Below are positions 1-13,162 of a stretch of 64,000 nt of DNA, piece after piece. The DNA comes from the human T2T-CHM13v2.0 reference genome, Homo sapiens: the NCBI RefSeq assembly GCF_009914755.1, contig NC_060948.1. One strand, given 5' to 3'. Every line of letters starts with the position of its first letter. The first letter of the stretch is position 1. The position numbers and the translations under genes were made by a program. Below the pieces are notes generated by a model. That model was not told where the DNA came from, ran no database searches, and saw only the letters and a program-made list of their open reading frames with translations.

Positions 1-1815
1 ATTCTATGCGATTTCATTCCAATCGATTCAATTCCATTCGATGACATTCCTTTCGTTTCCATTCCATTTGAGTCCATTTAATTTGAGCATTCGTGTCCAT
101 TCTATTCGAGTCCATTCCATTACAGTCTCTTCTATTCCCTCCCATTCCTGTTGATTCAATTTCATTCCCTTCCATTCGATTCCTTTCCATTCGATTCCAT
201 TCCTTTCCATTCCATTCCATTCGTTCCCATTCCATGTGATTTCATTCCATTCCAGTCCATTATATTCGAGTCCACTCCACTCCATTCTATTACATTCAAT
301 TCCTTTTGAGTCCGTTCCATAACACTCCATTCATTTCGATTCCATTTCTTGCCAGTTTTCTTCCATTTTATTCTATTCCGTTCGATTGCATTCCATTCGA
401 TTGCATTCCATTCGAATCCTTTCCATTCCATTTCATTCCATTCCTTTCTATTCCATTCCATTTCATTCGATTTGATTCCATTCTGTTCTATTCCATTCAA
501 TTCTTTTTCATTCCATTCGAATCCTTTCTATTGCAGTCCATTCCATTCGAGTCCATTCCAATCCCTTCCATTCCATTCCATTACAGTCCATTCCAATAGA
601 TTCCATTCCTTTGCCTTCCATTCGAATCCATTCCATTCTAGTCCATTCCATTTGAGTCAATTCCATTCCATTCCATTCTATTCCTTTCCAATCCATTCGA
701 TTCCATTCGATTCAATTCCATTTGATTCTCTTTCATTCTATTTTATTCCATGCCATTTGATTGCATTGCATTCCATTCCGTTTGATTCCAGTCCACCCAA
801 GAAAGTTCCATTCCAGTCCCTTGCTTTCCAGTCCATTCCATTCCACTCTAGTCTATTCCACTCCATTCCCTTCCATTGCATTCCATACTATTCCATTCCA
901 TTCCTTTGCATTCCGTTTCCAATCTATTCGAGTCCATTGCATTCCAGTCCAATCCATTCGATTACATTCCTTTTGATTCCCTGCCAGTCGATTGCATTGC
1001 ATACTACAACATTCCAAAGGAGTCCATTCCATTCTATCTCAACACTTTCCATTCCACTCTGTTCGAGTCCAGTCCATTTAATTCAAGGGCATTCCATTCC
1101 ATTCCATTCCATTCCATTCCATTTCATATTATTCCATTCCATTCAATTCCATTCCAGATGATTCCATTCCATTCTATACCATTGCTCTCTGTTCCATTCC
1201 ATTCCATCTGTCTCTATTCCTTCCGTTTCGATTCCTTTCCATTCCATTCTATTACATTTGATCCTATTTTATTAAATTGCATTCTATTCGAGTGATTTCC
1301 ATTCGAGTCCTTTCCATTCGATTCCATTCCATTCTATTCCATTCCTTTGGATTCCATTCCATTCCGTTCCGTTCACATCAATTCCTTGTGATTCCATTAC
1401 ATTCGATTTCTTGCCATTCGATTCCATTCCTTTTGATTCCATTTCATTCGATTCCATTCCATTCCATTAATTTCCATTCCATTCGAGACCTTTCCATTGC
1501 AGTCTTTTCCCTTCGAGTCCATTCCGTTCGATTCCCTTCCATTCGATTCCATTCCATTGGAGTCCGTACCAGTCGAGTCCATTCTATTCCAGTCCATTAG
1601 TTTCGACTCCATTGCATTCGAGTGCATTCCATTCCGTGGCTGTCCATTCCATTCCGTTTGATGCCATTCCATACGATTCCATTCAATTCGAGACCATTCT
1701 TTTCCTGTCCATTCCTTTTCGTTCGATTCCATTTCACTCTAGTCCATTCCATTACATTCAATTCCATGCGACTCTATTCCGTTCCATTCAATTGCATTCC
1801 ATTCGATTCCATTTT

Positions 1816-1830
1816 TTTCGAGAACCTTCC
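1816..1830. promoter_or_regulatory. Perfect 3-unit heat shock element motif (recurs once per monomer); occupancy not shown
   Basis: tTTCgaGAAccTTCc matches nTTCnnGAAnnTTCn. Confidence 0.5.
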
Positions 1831-2094
1831 ATTACACTCCCTTCCATTCCAGTGCATTCCATTCCAGTCTCTTCAGTTCGATTCCATTCCATTCGTTTCG
1901 ATTCCTTTCCATTCCAGCCCATTCCATTCCATTCCATTCTTTCCTTTCCGTTTCATTAGATTCCATTGCATTCGATTCCATTCAATTCAATTCCGTGCTA
2001 TTCCATTTGATTCATTTCCATTTAATTCCATTCCATTAGATTCCATTCCGTTCGATTCCATTCCTTTCGAATCCATTCCATTGGAGTCCATTCA

Positions 2095-2109
2095 CTTCCA
2101 GAACATTCC
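2095..2109. promoter_or_regulatory. Perfect 3-unit heat shock element motif (recurs once per monomer); occupancy not shown
   Basis: cTTCcaGAAcaTTCc matches nTTCnnGAAnnTTCn. Confidence 0.5.
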
Positions 2110-2466
2110 ATTCCAGTCGAATCCATTCGAGTACATTCCATTAATGTTCATTACATTCTAATACATTCCATTCCATTGCATTCCATTCCATTCCATTTGA
2201 TGCCATTCGATTCCATTCCATGCCAAATCATTGCATTCCTTTCCATTCCGTTCCTATCAATTCCATTCCATTCGATTTAGTTCGATTCTATTCACTTCCA
2301 TTCCATTCGATTCCATTCCATTGCAGTCAATTCCTTTCGACCCCCAGCCTTACCAGTCAATGATTTTGGAGTCCATTTTTTTGCATTCCATTACATTCTA
2401 TGACATTCGATTCCGTTTCATTGCATTCCATTCCATACATTTTTATTCCATTCGAGACCGTAGCAT

Positions 2467-2620
2467 TCCACTTTATTCCAGGCCTGTCCATTACACTACA
2501 TTCCCTTCCATTCCAATGAATTCCATTCCGTTCCAATCCATTCCTTTCCTTTCGCTTGCATTCCATTCTATTCTCTTCTACTGCATACAATTTCACTCCA
2601 TTCGTTCCCATTCCATTCAA
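2467..2620 (+). other. DYZ1 diagnostic segment bounded by the classic Y1.1/Y1.2 sex-typing PCR primer sites (recurs in each monomer)
   Basis: TCCACTTTATTCCAGGCCTGTCC at 2467-2489 and CCATTCGTTCCCATTCCATTCAA at 2598-2620, with EcoRI GAATTC at 2518-2523. The primer identity is recalled from memory, not searched. Confidence 0.75.
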
Positions 2621-2850
2621 TTCCATTCCATTCAATTCCATTCCATTTGTTTCCATTCTCTTCGATTCCATTTCTTTATATTCCATGCCATTCGATTACA
2701 TTCTATTGGATTGCATTACATTCGTGTTCATTCCATTCCAGACCATTCCATTTGACTCCATTCCTTTCGAGCCCTTTCAATTTGAGTCCATTCTTTTCCA
2801 GTCCATTTCATTCCAGTCCATTACTATCCATTCCATACCGTTCCATCCCA

Positions 2851-2890
2851 TTCCATTCCATTCCATTCCATTCCATTCCATTCCATTCCA
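2851..2890 (+). repeat. Pure (TTCCA)8 microsatellite, a variable-length tract present in each monomer
   Basis: Eight uninterrupted TTCCA units between TCCCA and TTGCA; 5-11 units in the other copies counted. Confidence 0.85.
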
Positions 2891-4342
2891 TTGCATTCCA
2901 TTCCATTCCATTCCATTGCACTGCACTCCATTCCATTACATTCTACTCTATCTGAGTCGATTTTATTGCATTAGATTCTATTCCATTGGATTACTTTCCA
3001 TTCGATTACATTCCATTCATGTACATTCCATTCCAGTCAATTACATTCGAGTTCATTACATTACATTCCAGTATATTCCATTGTATTCGATCCCATTCCT
3101 TTCAATTCCATTTCATTCGACTCCATTATATTCCATTCCATTCCACTCGAATCCATTCCATTAGAGGACATTCCATTCCAATGCATTCCATTCCATTCCA
3201 TAGCATTCCATTGCATTCGATTCCATTCCATTTGATGCCATTCCATTTGATGCCATTCCATGACATTCCATTCCATTCGAGTCCATTCCGTTCCAATTCA
3301 TTCCATTCCGTTTCATGAAATTCGAGTCCTTTCCAGTACATTTCATTCCAATCCCATCCAATCCAATCTACTCCATTCAATTCCTTTCCATTCCATTTGA
3401 TTTGATTCCATTGATTTGATTCCATTCAGTTTGATTCCATTCCGTGAAATTTCGTTCCATTCTATTCCATTGCATTACTTTCCATTCAATTCCATTCCAT
3501 TTCATTTCAGTCCATTCGCTTCCTTTCCTTTCGATTCAATTCCATTTGATTCCACTCCATTCTATGCGATTTCATTCCAATCGATTCAATTCCATTTGAT
3601 GACATTCCTTTCGTTTCCATTCCATTCGAGTCCATTCAATTTGAGCATTCGTGTCCATTCTATTCGAGTCCATTCCATTACCGTCTATTCTATTCCCTTC
3701 CATTCCTGTTGATTCAATTTCATTCCCTTCCATTCGATTCCTTTCCATTCGATTCCATTCCATTCCATTCGTTCCCATTCCATGTGATTTCATTCCATTC
3801 CAGTCCATTATATTCGAGTCCACTCCACTCCATTCTATTACATTCAATTCCTTTTGAGTCCGTTCCATAACACTCCATTCATTTCGATTCCATTTCTTGC
3901 CACTTTTCTTCCATTTTATTCCATTCCGTTCGATTCCATTACATTCGATTGCATTCCATTCGAATCCTTTCCATTCCATTTCATTCCATTCCTTTCTATT
4001 CCATTCCATTTCATTCGATTTGATTCCATTCTGTTCTATTCCATTCAAATCTTTTTCATTCCATTCGAATCCTTTCTATTGCAGTCCATTCCATTCGAGT
4101 CCATTCCAATCCCTTCCATTCCATTCCATTACAGTCCATTCCAATAGATTCCATTCCTTTGCCTTCCATTCGAATCCATTCCATTCTAGTCCATTCCATT
4201 TGAGTCAATTCCATTCCATTCCATTCTATTCCTTTCCAATCCATTCGATTCCATTCGATTCAATTCCATTTGATTCTCTTTCATTCTATTTTATTCCATG
4301 CCATTTGATTGCATTGCATTCCATTCCGTTTGATTCCAGTCC

Positions 4343-4357
4343 ATTCAAGAAATTTCC
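4343..4357. promoter_or_regulatory. Perfect 3-unit heat shock element motif (recurs in most monomers); occupancy not shown
   Basis: aTTCaaGAAatTTCc here; the consensus in other copies is aTTCaaGAAagTTCc. Confidence 0.5.
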
Positions 4358-6051
4358 ATTCCAGTCCATTGCTTTCCAGTCCATTCCATTCCACTCTAGT
4401 CTATTCCACTCCATTCCTTTCCATTCCATTCCATACTATTCCATTCCATTCCTTTACATTCCGTTTCCAATCTATTCGAGTCCATTGCATTCCAGTCCAA
4501 TCCATTCGATTACATTCCTTTTGATTCCCTGCCAGTCGATTGCATTGCCTACTAGACCATTCCAAAGGAGTTCATTCCATTCTATCTCAACACTTTCCAT
4601 TCCACTCTGTTTGAGTCCATTCCATTCCAGTCCATTTAATTCTAGGGCATTCCATTCCATTCCATTCCATTCCATTTCATATTATTCCATTCCATTCAAT
4701 TCCATTCCAGATGATTCCATTCCGTTCTATACCATTGCTCTCTGTCCCATTCCATTCCATCTGTCTCCATTCCTTTCGTTTCGATTCCTTTCCATTCCAT
4801 TCCATTACATTTGATCCTATTTTATTAAATTGCATTCTATTCGAGTGATTTCCATTGGAGTCCTTTCCATTCGATTCCATTCCATTCTATTCCATTCCTT
4901 TGGATTCCATTCCATTCCGTTCCGTTCACATCAATTCCTTGCGATTCCATTACATTCGATTTCTTGCCATTCGATTCCATTCCTTTTGACTCCATTTCAT
5001 TCGATTCCATTCCATTCCATTTATTTCCATTCCATTCGAGACCTTTCCATTGCAGTCTTTTCCCTTCGAGTCCATTCCGTTCGATTCCCTTCCGTTCGAT
5101 TCCCTTCCATTCGGTTCCATTCCATTGGAGTCCGTACCAGTCGAGTCCATTCTATTCCAGTCCATTAGTTTCGACTCCATTGCATTCGAGTGCATTCCAT
5201 TCCGTGGCTGTCCATTCCATTCCGTTTGATGCCATTCCATACGATTCCATTCAATTCGAGACCATTCTATTCCTGTCCATTCCTTGTGGTTCGATTCCAT
5301 TTCACTCTAGTCCATTCCATTCCATTCAATTCCATTCGACTCTATTCCGTTCCATTCAATTCCATTCCATTCGATTCCATTTTTTTCGAGAGCCTTCCAT
5401 TACACTCCCTTCCATTCCAGTGCATTCCATTCCAGTCTCTTCAGTTCGATTCCATTCCATTCGTTTCGATTCCTTTCCATTCCAGCCCATTCCATTCCAT
5501 TCCATTCCTTTCCTTTCCGTTTCATTAGATTCCATTGCATTCCATTCCATTCAATTCAATTCCGTGCTATTCAATTTGATTCATTTCCATTTAATTCCAT
5601 TCTATTAGATTCCATTCCGTACGATTCCATTCCTTTGGAATCCATTACATTGGAGTCCATTCACTTCCAGAACATTCCATTCCAGTCGAATCCATTCGAG
5701 TACATTCCATTAAAGTTCATTACATTCTAATACATTCCATTCCATTGCATTCGATTCCATTCCATTCGATGCCATTCGATTCCATTCCATGCCAAATCAT
5801 TGCATTCCTTTCCATTCCGTTCCTATCAATTCCATTCCATTCGATTTAGTTCGCTTCTATTCACTTCCATTCCATTCGATTCCATTCCATTGGAGTCAAT
5901 TCCTTTCGACACCCAGCCTTTCCAGTCAATGATTTTGGATTCCATTTTTTTGCATTCCATTACATTCTATGACATTCGATTCCGTTTCATTGCATTCCAT
6001 TCCATACATTTTTATTCCATTCGAGACCGTAGCATTCCACTTTATTCCAGG

Positions 6052-9000
6052 CCTGTCCATAACACTACATTCCCTTCCATTCCAATGAATTCCATTCCAT
6101 TCCAATCCATTCCTTTCCTTTCGCTTGCATTCCATTCTATTCTCTTCTACTGCATACAATTTCACTCCATTCGTTCCCATTCCATTCAATTCCATTCCAT
6201 TCAATTCCATTCCATTTGTTTCCATTCTCTTCGATTCCATTTCTTTATATTCCATGCCATTCGATTCCATTCTATTGGGTTGCATTACATTCGTGTTCAT
6301 TCCATTCCAGACCATTCCATTTGACTCCATTCCTTTCGAGACCTTTCAATTTGAGTCCATTCCTTTCCAGTCCATTTCACTCCAGTCCATTACTATCCAT
6401 TCCATACCATTCCATCCCATTCCATTCCATTCCATTCCATTCCATTCCATTCCATTCCATTCCATTGCATTCCATTCCATTCCATTCCATTGCACTGCAC
6501 TCCATTCCATTACATTCTACTCTATCTGAGTCGATTTTATTGCATTAGATTCTATTCCATTGGATTACTTTCCATTCGATTACATTCCATTCATGTACAT
6601 TCCATTCCAGTCAATTACATTCGAGTTCATTACGTTACATTCCAGTATATTCCATTGTATTCGATCCCATTCCTTTCAATTCCATTTCATTCGACTCCAT
6701 TATATTCAATTCCATTCCACTCGAATCCATTCCATTAGAGGACATTCCATTCCAATGCATTCCATTCCATTCCATAGCATTCCATTGCATTCGATTCCAT
6801 TCCATTTGATGCCATTCCATTTGATGCCATCCCATGACATTCCATTCCATTCGAGTCCATTCCGTTCCAATTCATTCCATTCCGTTTCATGAAATTCGAG
6901 TCCTTTCCAGTACATTTCATTCCAATCCCATCCAATCCCATCTACTCCATTCAATTCCTTTCCATTCCATTTGATTTGATTCCATTGATTTGATTCCATT
7001 CAGTTTGATTCCATTCCGTGAAATTTCGTTCCATTCTATTCCATTGCATTACTTTCCATTCAATTCCATTCCATTTCATTTCAGTCCATTCGCTTCCTTT
7101 CCTTTCGATTCAATTCCATTTGATTCCACTCCATTCTATGCGATTTCATTCCAATCGATTCAATTCCATTCGATGACATTCCTTTCGTTTCCATTCCATT
7201 CGTGTCCATTTAATTTGAGCATTCGTGTCCATTCTATTCGAGTCCATTCCATTACAGTCTATTCTATTCCCTTCCATTCCTGTTGATTCAATTTCATTCC
7301 CTTCCATTCGATTCCTTTCCATTCGATTCCATTCCTTTCCATTCCATTCCATTCGTTCCCATTCCATGTGATTTCATTCAATTCCAGTCCATTATATTCG
7401 AGTCCACTCCACTCCATTCTATTACATTCAATTCCTTTTGAGTCCATTCCATAACACTCCATTCATTTCGATTCCATTTCTTGCCAGTTTTCTTCCATTT
7501 TATTCCATTCTGTTCGATTCCATTCCATTCGATTGCATTCCATTCGAATCCTTTCCATTCCATTTCATTCCATTCCTTTCTATTCCATTCCATTTCATTC
7601 GATTTGATTCCATTCTGTTCTATTCCATTCAATTCTTTTTCATTCCATTCGAATCCTTTGTATTGCAGTCCATTCCATTCGAGTCCATTCCAATCCCTTC
7701 CATTCCATTCCATTACAGTCCATTCCAATAGATTCCATTCCTTTGCCTTCCATTCGAATCCATTCCATTCTAGTCCATTCCATTTGAGTCAATTCCATTC
7801 CATTCCATTCTATTCCTTTCCAATCCATTCGATTCCATTCGATTCAATTCCATTTGATTCTCTTTCATTCTATTTTATTCCATGCCATTTGATTGCATTG
7901 CATTCCATTCCGTTTGATTCCAGTCCATCCAAGAAAGTTCCATTCCAGTCCATTGCTTTCCAGTCCATTCCATTCCACTCTAGTCTATTCCACTCCATTC
8001 CCTTCCATTGCATTCCATACTATTCCATTCCATTCCTTTGCATTCCGTTTCCAATCTATTCGAGTCCATTGCATTCCAGTCCAATCCATTCGATTACATT
8101 CCTTTTGATTCCCTGCCAGTCGATTGCATTGCATACTACACCATTCCAAAGGAGTCCATTCCATTCTATCTCAACACTTTCCATTCCACTCTGTTCGAGT
8201 CCAGTCCATTTAATTCAAGGGCATTCCATTCCATTCCATTCCATTCCATTCCATTTCATATTATTCCATTCCATTCAATTCCATTCCAGATGATTCCATT
8301 CCATTCTATACCATTGCTCTCTGTTCCATTCCATTCCATCTGTCGCTATTCCTTCCGTTTCGATTCCGTTCCATTCCCTTCTATTACATTTGATCCTATT
8401 TTATTAAATTGCATTCTATTCGAGTGATTTCCATTCGAGTCATTTCCATTCGATTCCATTCCATTCTATTCCATTCCTTTGGATTCCATTCCATTCCGTT
8501 CCGTTCACATCAATTCCTTGTGATTCCATTACATTCGATTTCTTGCCATTCGATTCCATTCCTTTTGATTCCATTTCATTCGATTCCATTCCATTCCATT
8601 AATTTCCATTCCATTCGAGACCTTTCCATTGCAGTCTTTTCCCTTCGAGTCCATTCCGTTCGATTCCCTTCCATTCGATTCCATTCCATTGGAGTCCGTA
8701 CCAGTCGAGTCCATTCTATTCCAGTCCATTAGTTTCGACTCCATTGCATTCGAGTGCATTCCATTCCGTGGCTGTCCATTCCATTCCGTTTGATGCCATT
8801 CCATACGATTCCATTCAATTCGAGACCATTCTTTTCCTGTCCATTCCTTTTCGTTCGATTCCATTTCACTCTAGTCCATTCCATTCCATTCAATTCCATG
8901 CGACTCTATTCCGTTCCATTCAATTCCATTCCATTCGATTCCATTTTTTTCGAGAACCTTCCATTACACTCCCTTCCATTCCAGTGCATTCCATTCCAGT

Positions 9001-9614
9001 CTCTTCAGTTCGATTCCATTCCATTCGTTTCGATTCCTTTCCATTCCAGCCCATTCCATTCCATTCCATTCTTTCCTTTCCGTTTCATTAGATTCCATTG
9101 CATTCGATTCCATTCAATTCAATTCCGTGCTATTCCATTTGATTCATTTCCATTTAATTCCATTCCATTAGATTCCATTCCGTTCGATTCCATTCCTTTC
9201 GAATCCATTCCATTGGAGTCCATTCACTTCCAGAACATTCCATTCCAGTCGAATCCATTCGAGTACATTCCATTAATGTTCATTACATTCTAATACATTC
9301 CATTCCATTGCATTCCATTCCATTCCATTTGATGCCATTCGATTCCATTCCATGCCAAATCATTGCATTCCTTTCCATTCCGTTCCTATCAATTCCATTC
9401 CATTCGATTTAGTTCGATTCTATTCACTTCCATTCCATTCGATTCCATTCCATTGCAGTCAATTCCTTTCGACCCCTAGCCTTTCCAGTCAATGATTTTG
9501 GAGTCCATTTTTTTGCATTCCATTACATTCTATGACATTCGATTCCGTTTCATTGCATTCCATTCCATACATTTTTATTCCATTCGAGACCGTAGCATTC
9601 CACTTTATTCCAGG
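6052..9614 (+). repeat. DYZ1 monomer 2 (3563 bp)
   Basis: GGCC at 6050 and 9613. Confidence 0.9.
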
Positions 9615-12600
9615 CCTGTCCATTACACTACATTCCCTTCCATTCCAATGAATTCCATTCCATTGCAATCCATTCCTTTCCTTTCGCTTGCATTCCATTC
9701 TATTCTCTTCTACTGCATACAATTTCACTCCATTCGTTCCCATTCCATTCAATTCCATTCCATTTGTTTCCATTCTCTTCGATTCCATTTCTTTATATTC
9801 CATGCCATTCGATTCCATTCTATTGGATTGCATTACATTCGTGTTCATTCCATTCCAGACCATTCCATTTGAATCCATTCCTTTCGAGCCCTTTCAATTT
9901 GAGTCCATTCTTTTCCAGTCCATTTCATTCCAGTCCATTACTATCCATTCCATACCGTTCCATCCCATTCCATTCCATTCCATTCCATTCCATTCCATTC
10001 CATTCCATTGCATTCCATTCCATTCCATTCCATTGCACTGCACTCCATTCCATTACATTCTACTCTATCTGAGTCGATTTTATTGCATTAGATTCTATTC
10101 CATTGGATTACTTTCCATTCGATTACATTCCATTCATGTACATTCCATTCCAGTCAATTACATTCGAGTTCATTACATTACATTCCAGTATATTCCATTG
10201 TATTCGATCCCATTCCTTTCAATTCCATTTCATTCGACTCCATTATATTCCATTCCATTCCACTCGAATCCATTCCATTAGAGGACATTCCATTCCAATG
10301 CATTCCATTCCATTCCATAGCATTCCATTGCATTCGATTCCATTCCATTTGATGCCATTCCATTTGATGCCATTCCATGACATTCCATTCCATTCGAGTC
10401 CATTCCGTTCCAATTCATTCCATTCCGTTTCATGAAATTCGAGTCCTTTCCAGTACATTTCATTCCAATCCCATCCAATCCAATCTACTCCATTCAATTC
10501 CTTTCCATTCCATTTGATTTGATTCCATTGATTTGATTCCATTCAGTTTGATTTCATTCCGTGAAATTTCGTTCCATTCTATTCCATTGCATTACTTTCC
10601 ATTCAATTCCATTCCATTTCATTTCAGTCCATTCGCTTCCTTTCCTTTCGATTCAATTCCATTTGATTCCACTCCATTCTATGCGATTTCATTCCAATCG
10701 ATTCAATTCCATTCGATGACATTCCTTTCGTTTCCATTCCATTCGAGTCCATTCAATTTGAGCATTCGTGTCCATTCTATTCGAGTCCATTCCATTACCG
10801 TCTATTCTATTCCCTTCCATTCCTGTTGATTCAATTTCATTCCCTTCCATTCGATTCCTTTCCATTCGATTCCATTCCTTTCCATTCCATTCCATTCGTT
10901 CCCATTCCATGTGATTTCATTCCATTCCAGTCCATTATATTCGAGTCCACTCCACTCCATTCTATTACATTCAATTCCTTTTGAGTCCGTTCCATAACAC
11001 TCCATTCATTTCGATTCCATTTCTTGCCAGTTTTCTTCCATTTTATTCCATTCCGTTTGATTCCATTCCATTCGATTGCATTCCATTCGAATCCTTTCCA
11101 TTCCATTTCATTCCATTCCTTTCTATTCCATTCCATTTCATTCGATTTGATTCCATTCTGTTCTATTCCATTCAATTCTTTTTCATTCCATTCGAATCCT
11201 TTCTATTGCAGTCCATTCCATTCGAGTCCATTCCAATCCCTTCCATTCCATTCCATTACAGTCCATTCCAATAGATTCCATTCCTTTGCCTTCCATTCGA
11301 ATCCATTCCATTCTAGTCCATTCCATTAGAGTCAATTCCATTCCATTCCATTCTATTCCTTTCCAATCCATTCGATTCCATTCGATTCAATTCCATTTGA
11401 TTCTCTTTCATTCTATTTTATTCCATGCCATTTGATTGCATTGCATTCCATTCCGTTTGATTCCAGTCCATTCAAGAAAGTTCCATTCCAGTCCATTGCT
11501 TTCCAGTCCATTCCATTCCACTCTAGTCTATTCCACTCCATTCCTTTCCATTCCATTCCATACTATTCCATTCCATTCCTTTGCATTCCGTTTCCAATCT
11601 ATTCGAGTCCATTGCATTCCAGTACAATCCATTCGATTACATTCCTTTTGATTCCCTGCCAGTCGATTGCATTGCCTACTAGACCATTCCGAAGGAGTTC
11701 ATTCCATTCTATCTCAACACTTTCCATTCCACTCTGTTTGAGTCCATTCCATTCCAGTCCATTTAATTCAAGGGCATTCCATTCCATTCCATTCCATTCC
11801 ATTTCATATTATTCCATTCCATTCAATTCCATTCCAGATGATTCCATTCCATTCTATACCATTGCTCTCTGTTCCATTCCATTCCATCTGTCTCTATTCC
11901 TTCCGTTTCGATTCCTTTCCATTCCATTCTATTACATTTGATCCTATTTTATTAAATTGCATTCTATTCGAGTGATTTCCATTCGAGTCCTTTCCATTCA
12001 ATTCCATTCCATTCTATTCCATTCCTTTGGATTCCATTCCATTCCGTTCCGTTCACATCAATTCCTTGTGATTCCATTACATTCGATTTCTTGCCATTCG
12101 ATTCCATTCCTTTTGATTCCATTTCATTCGATTCCATTCCATTCCATTAATTTCCATTCCATTCGAGACCTTTCCATTGCAGTCTTTTCCCTTCGAGTCC
12201 ATTCCGTTCGATTCCCTTCCATTCGATTCCATTCCATTGGAGTCCGTACCAGTCGAGTCCATTCTATTCCAGTCCATTAGTTTCGACTTCATTGCATTCG
12301 AGTGCATTCCATTCCGTGGCTGTCCATTCCATTCCGTTTGATGCCATTCCATACGATTCCATTCAATTCGAGACCATTCTTTTCCTGTCCATTCCTTTTC
12401 GTTCGATTCCATTTCACTCTAGTCCATTCCATTCCATTCAATTCCATGCGACTCTATTCCGTTCCATTCAATTCCATTCCATTCGATTCCATTTTTTTCG
12501 AGAACCTTCCATTACACTCCCTTCCATTCCAGTGCATTCCATTCCAGTCTCTTCAGTTCGATTCCATTCCATTCGTTTCGATTCCTTTCCATTCCAGCCC

Positions 12601-13162
12601 ATTCCATTCCATTCCATTCTTTCCTTTCCGTTTCATTAGATTCCATTGCATTCGATTCCATTCAATTCAATTCCGTGCTATTCCATTTGATTCATTTCCA
12701 TTTAATTCCATTCCATTAGATTCCATTCCGTTCGATTCCATTCCTTTCGAATCCATTCCATTGGAGTCCATTCACTTCCAGAACATTCCATTCCAGTCGA
12801 ATCCATTCGAGTACATTCCATTAATGTTCATTTCATTCTAATACATTCCATTCCATTGCATTCCATTCCATTCCATTTGATGCCATTCGATTCCATTCCA
12901 TGCCAAATCATTGCATTCCTTTCCATTCCGTTCCTATCAATTCCATTCCATTCGATTTAGTTCGATTCTATTCACTTCCATTCCATTCGATTCCATTCCA
13001 TTGCAGTCAATTCCTTTCGACCCCCAGCCTTACCAGTCAATGATTTTGGAGTCCATTTTTTTGCATTCCATTACATTCTATGACATTCGATTCCGTTTCA
13101 TTGCATTCCATTCCATACATTTTTATTCCATTCGAGACCGTAGCATTCCACTTTATTCCAGG
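9615..13162 (+). repeat. DYZ1 monomer 3 (3548 bp)
   Basis: GGCC at 9613 and 13161; 15-bp deletion near 9750. Confidence 0.9.

Larger units (their letters stand above)
1..2482 (+). repeat. Partial DYZ1 monomer (3' part, truncated by window start)
   Basis: Ends at the GG^CC site at 2481-2484. Confidence 0.9.
2483..6051 (+). repeat. DYZ1 monomer 1 (3569 bp)
   Basis: Delimited by AGG^CCT landmarks (GGCC at 2481 and 6050). Confidence 0.9.

Noticed and set aside
1811-1820. T7 tracts (also ~2376) as Pol III or intrinsic terminators
   Set aside because: There is no upstream hairpin or Pol III gene. They are simply degenerate pentamers.
3311-3455. Further HSE-like motifs (TTCatGAAatTCG; TCCgtGAAatTTC)
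   Set aside because: Only two of three units are perfect, so they are not counted as canonical HSEs.
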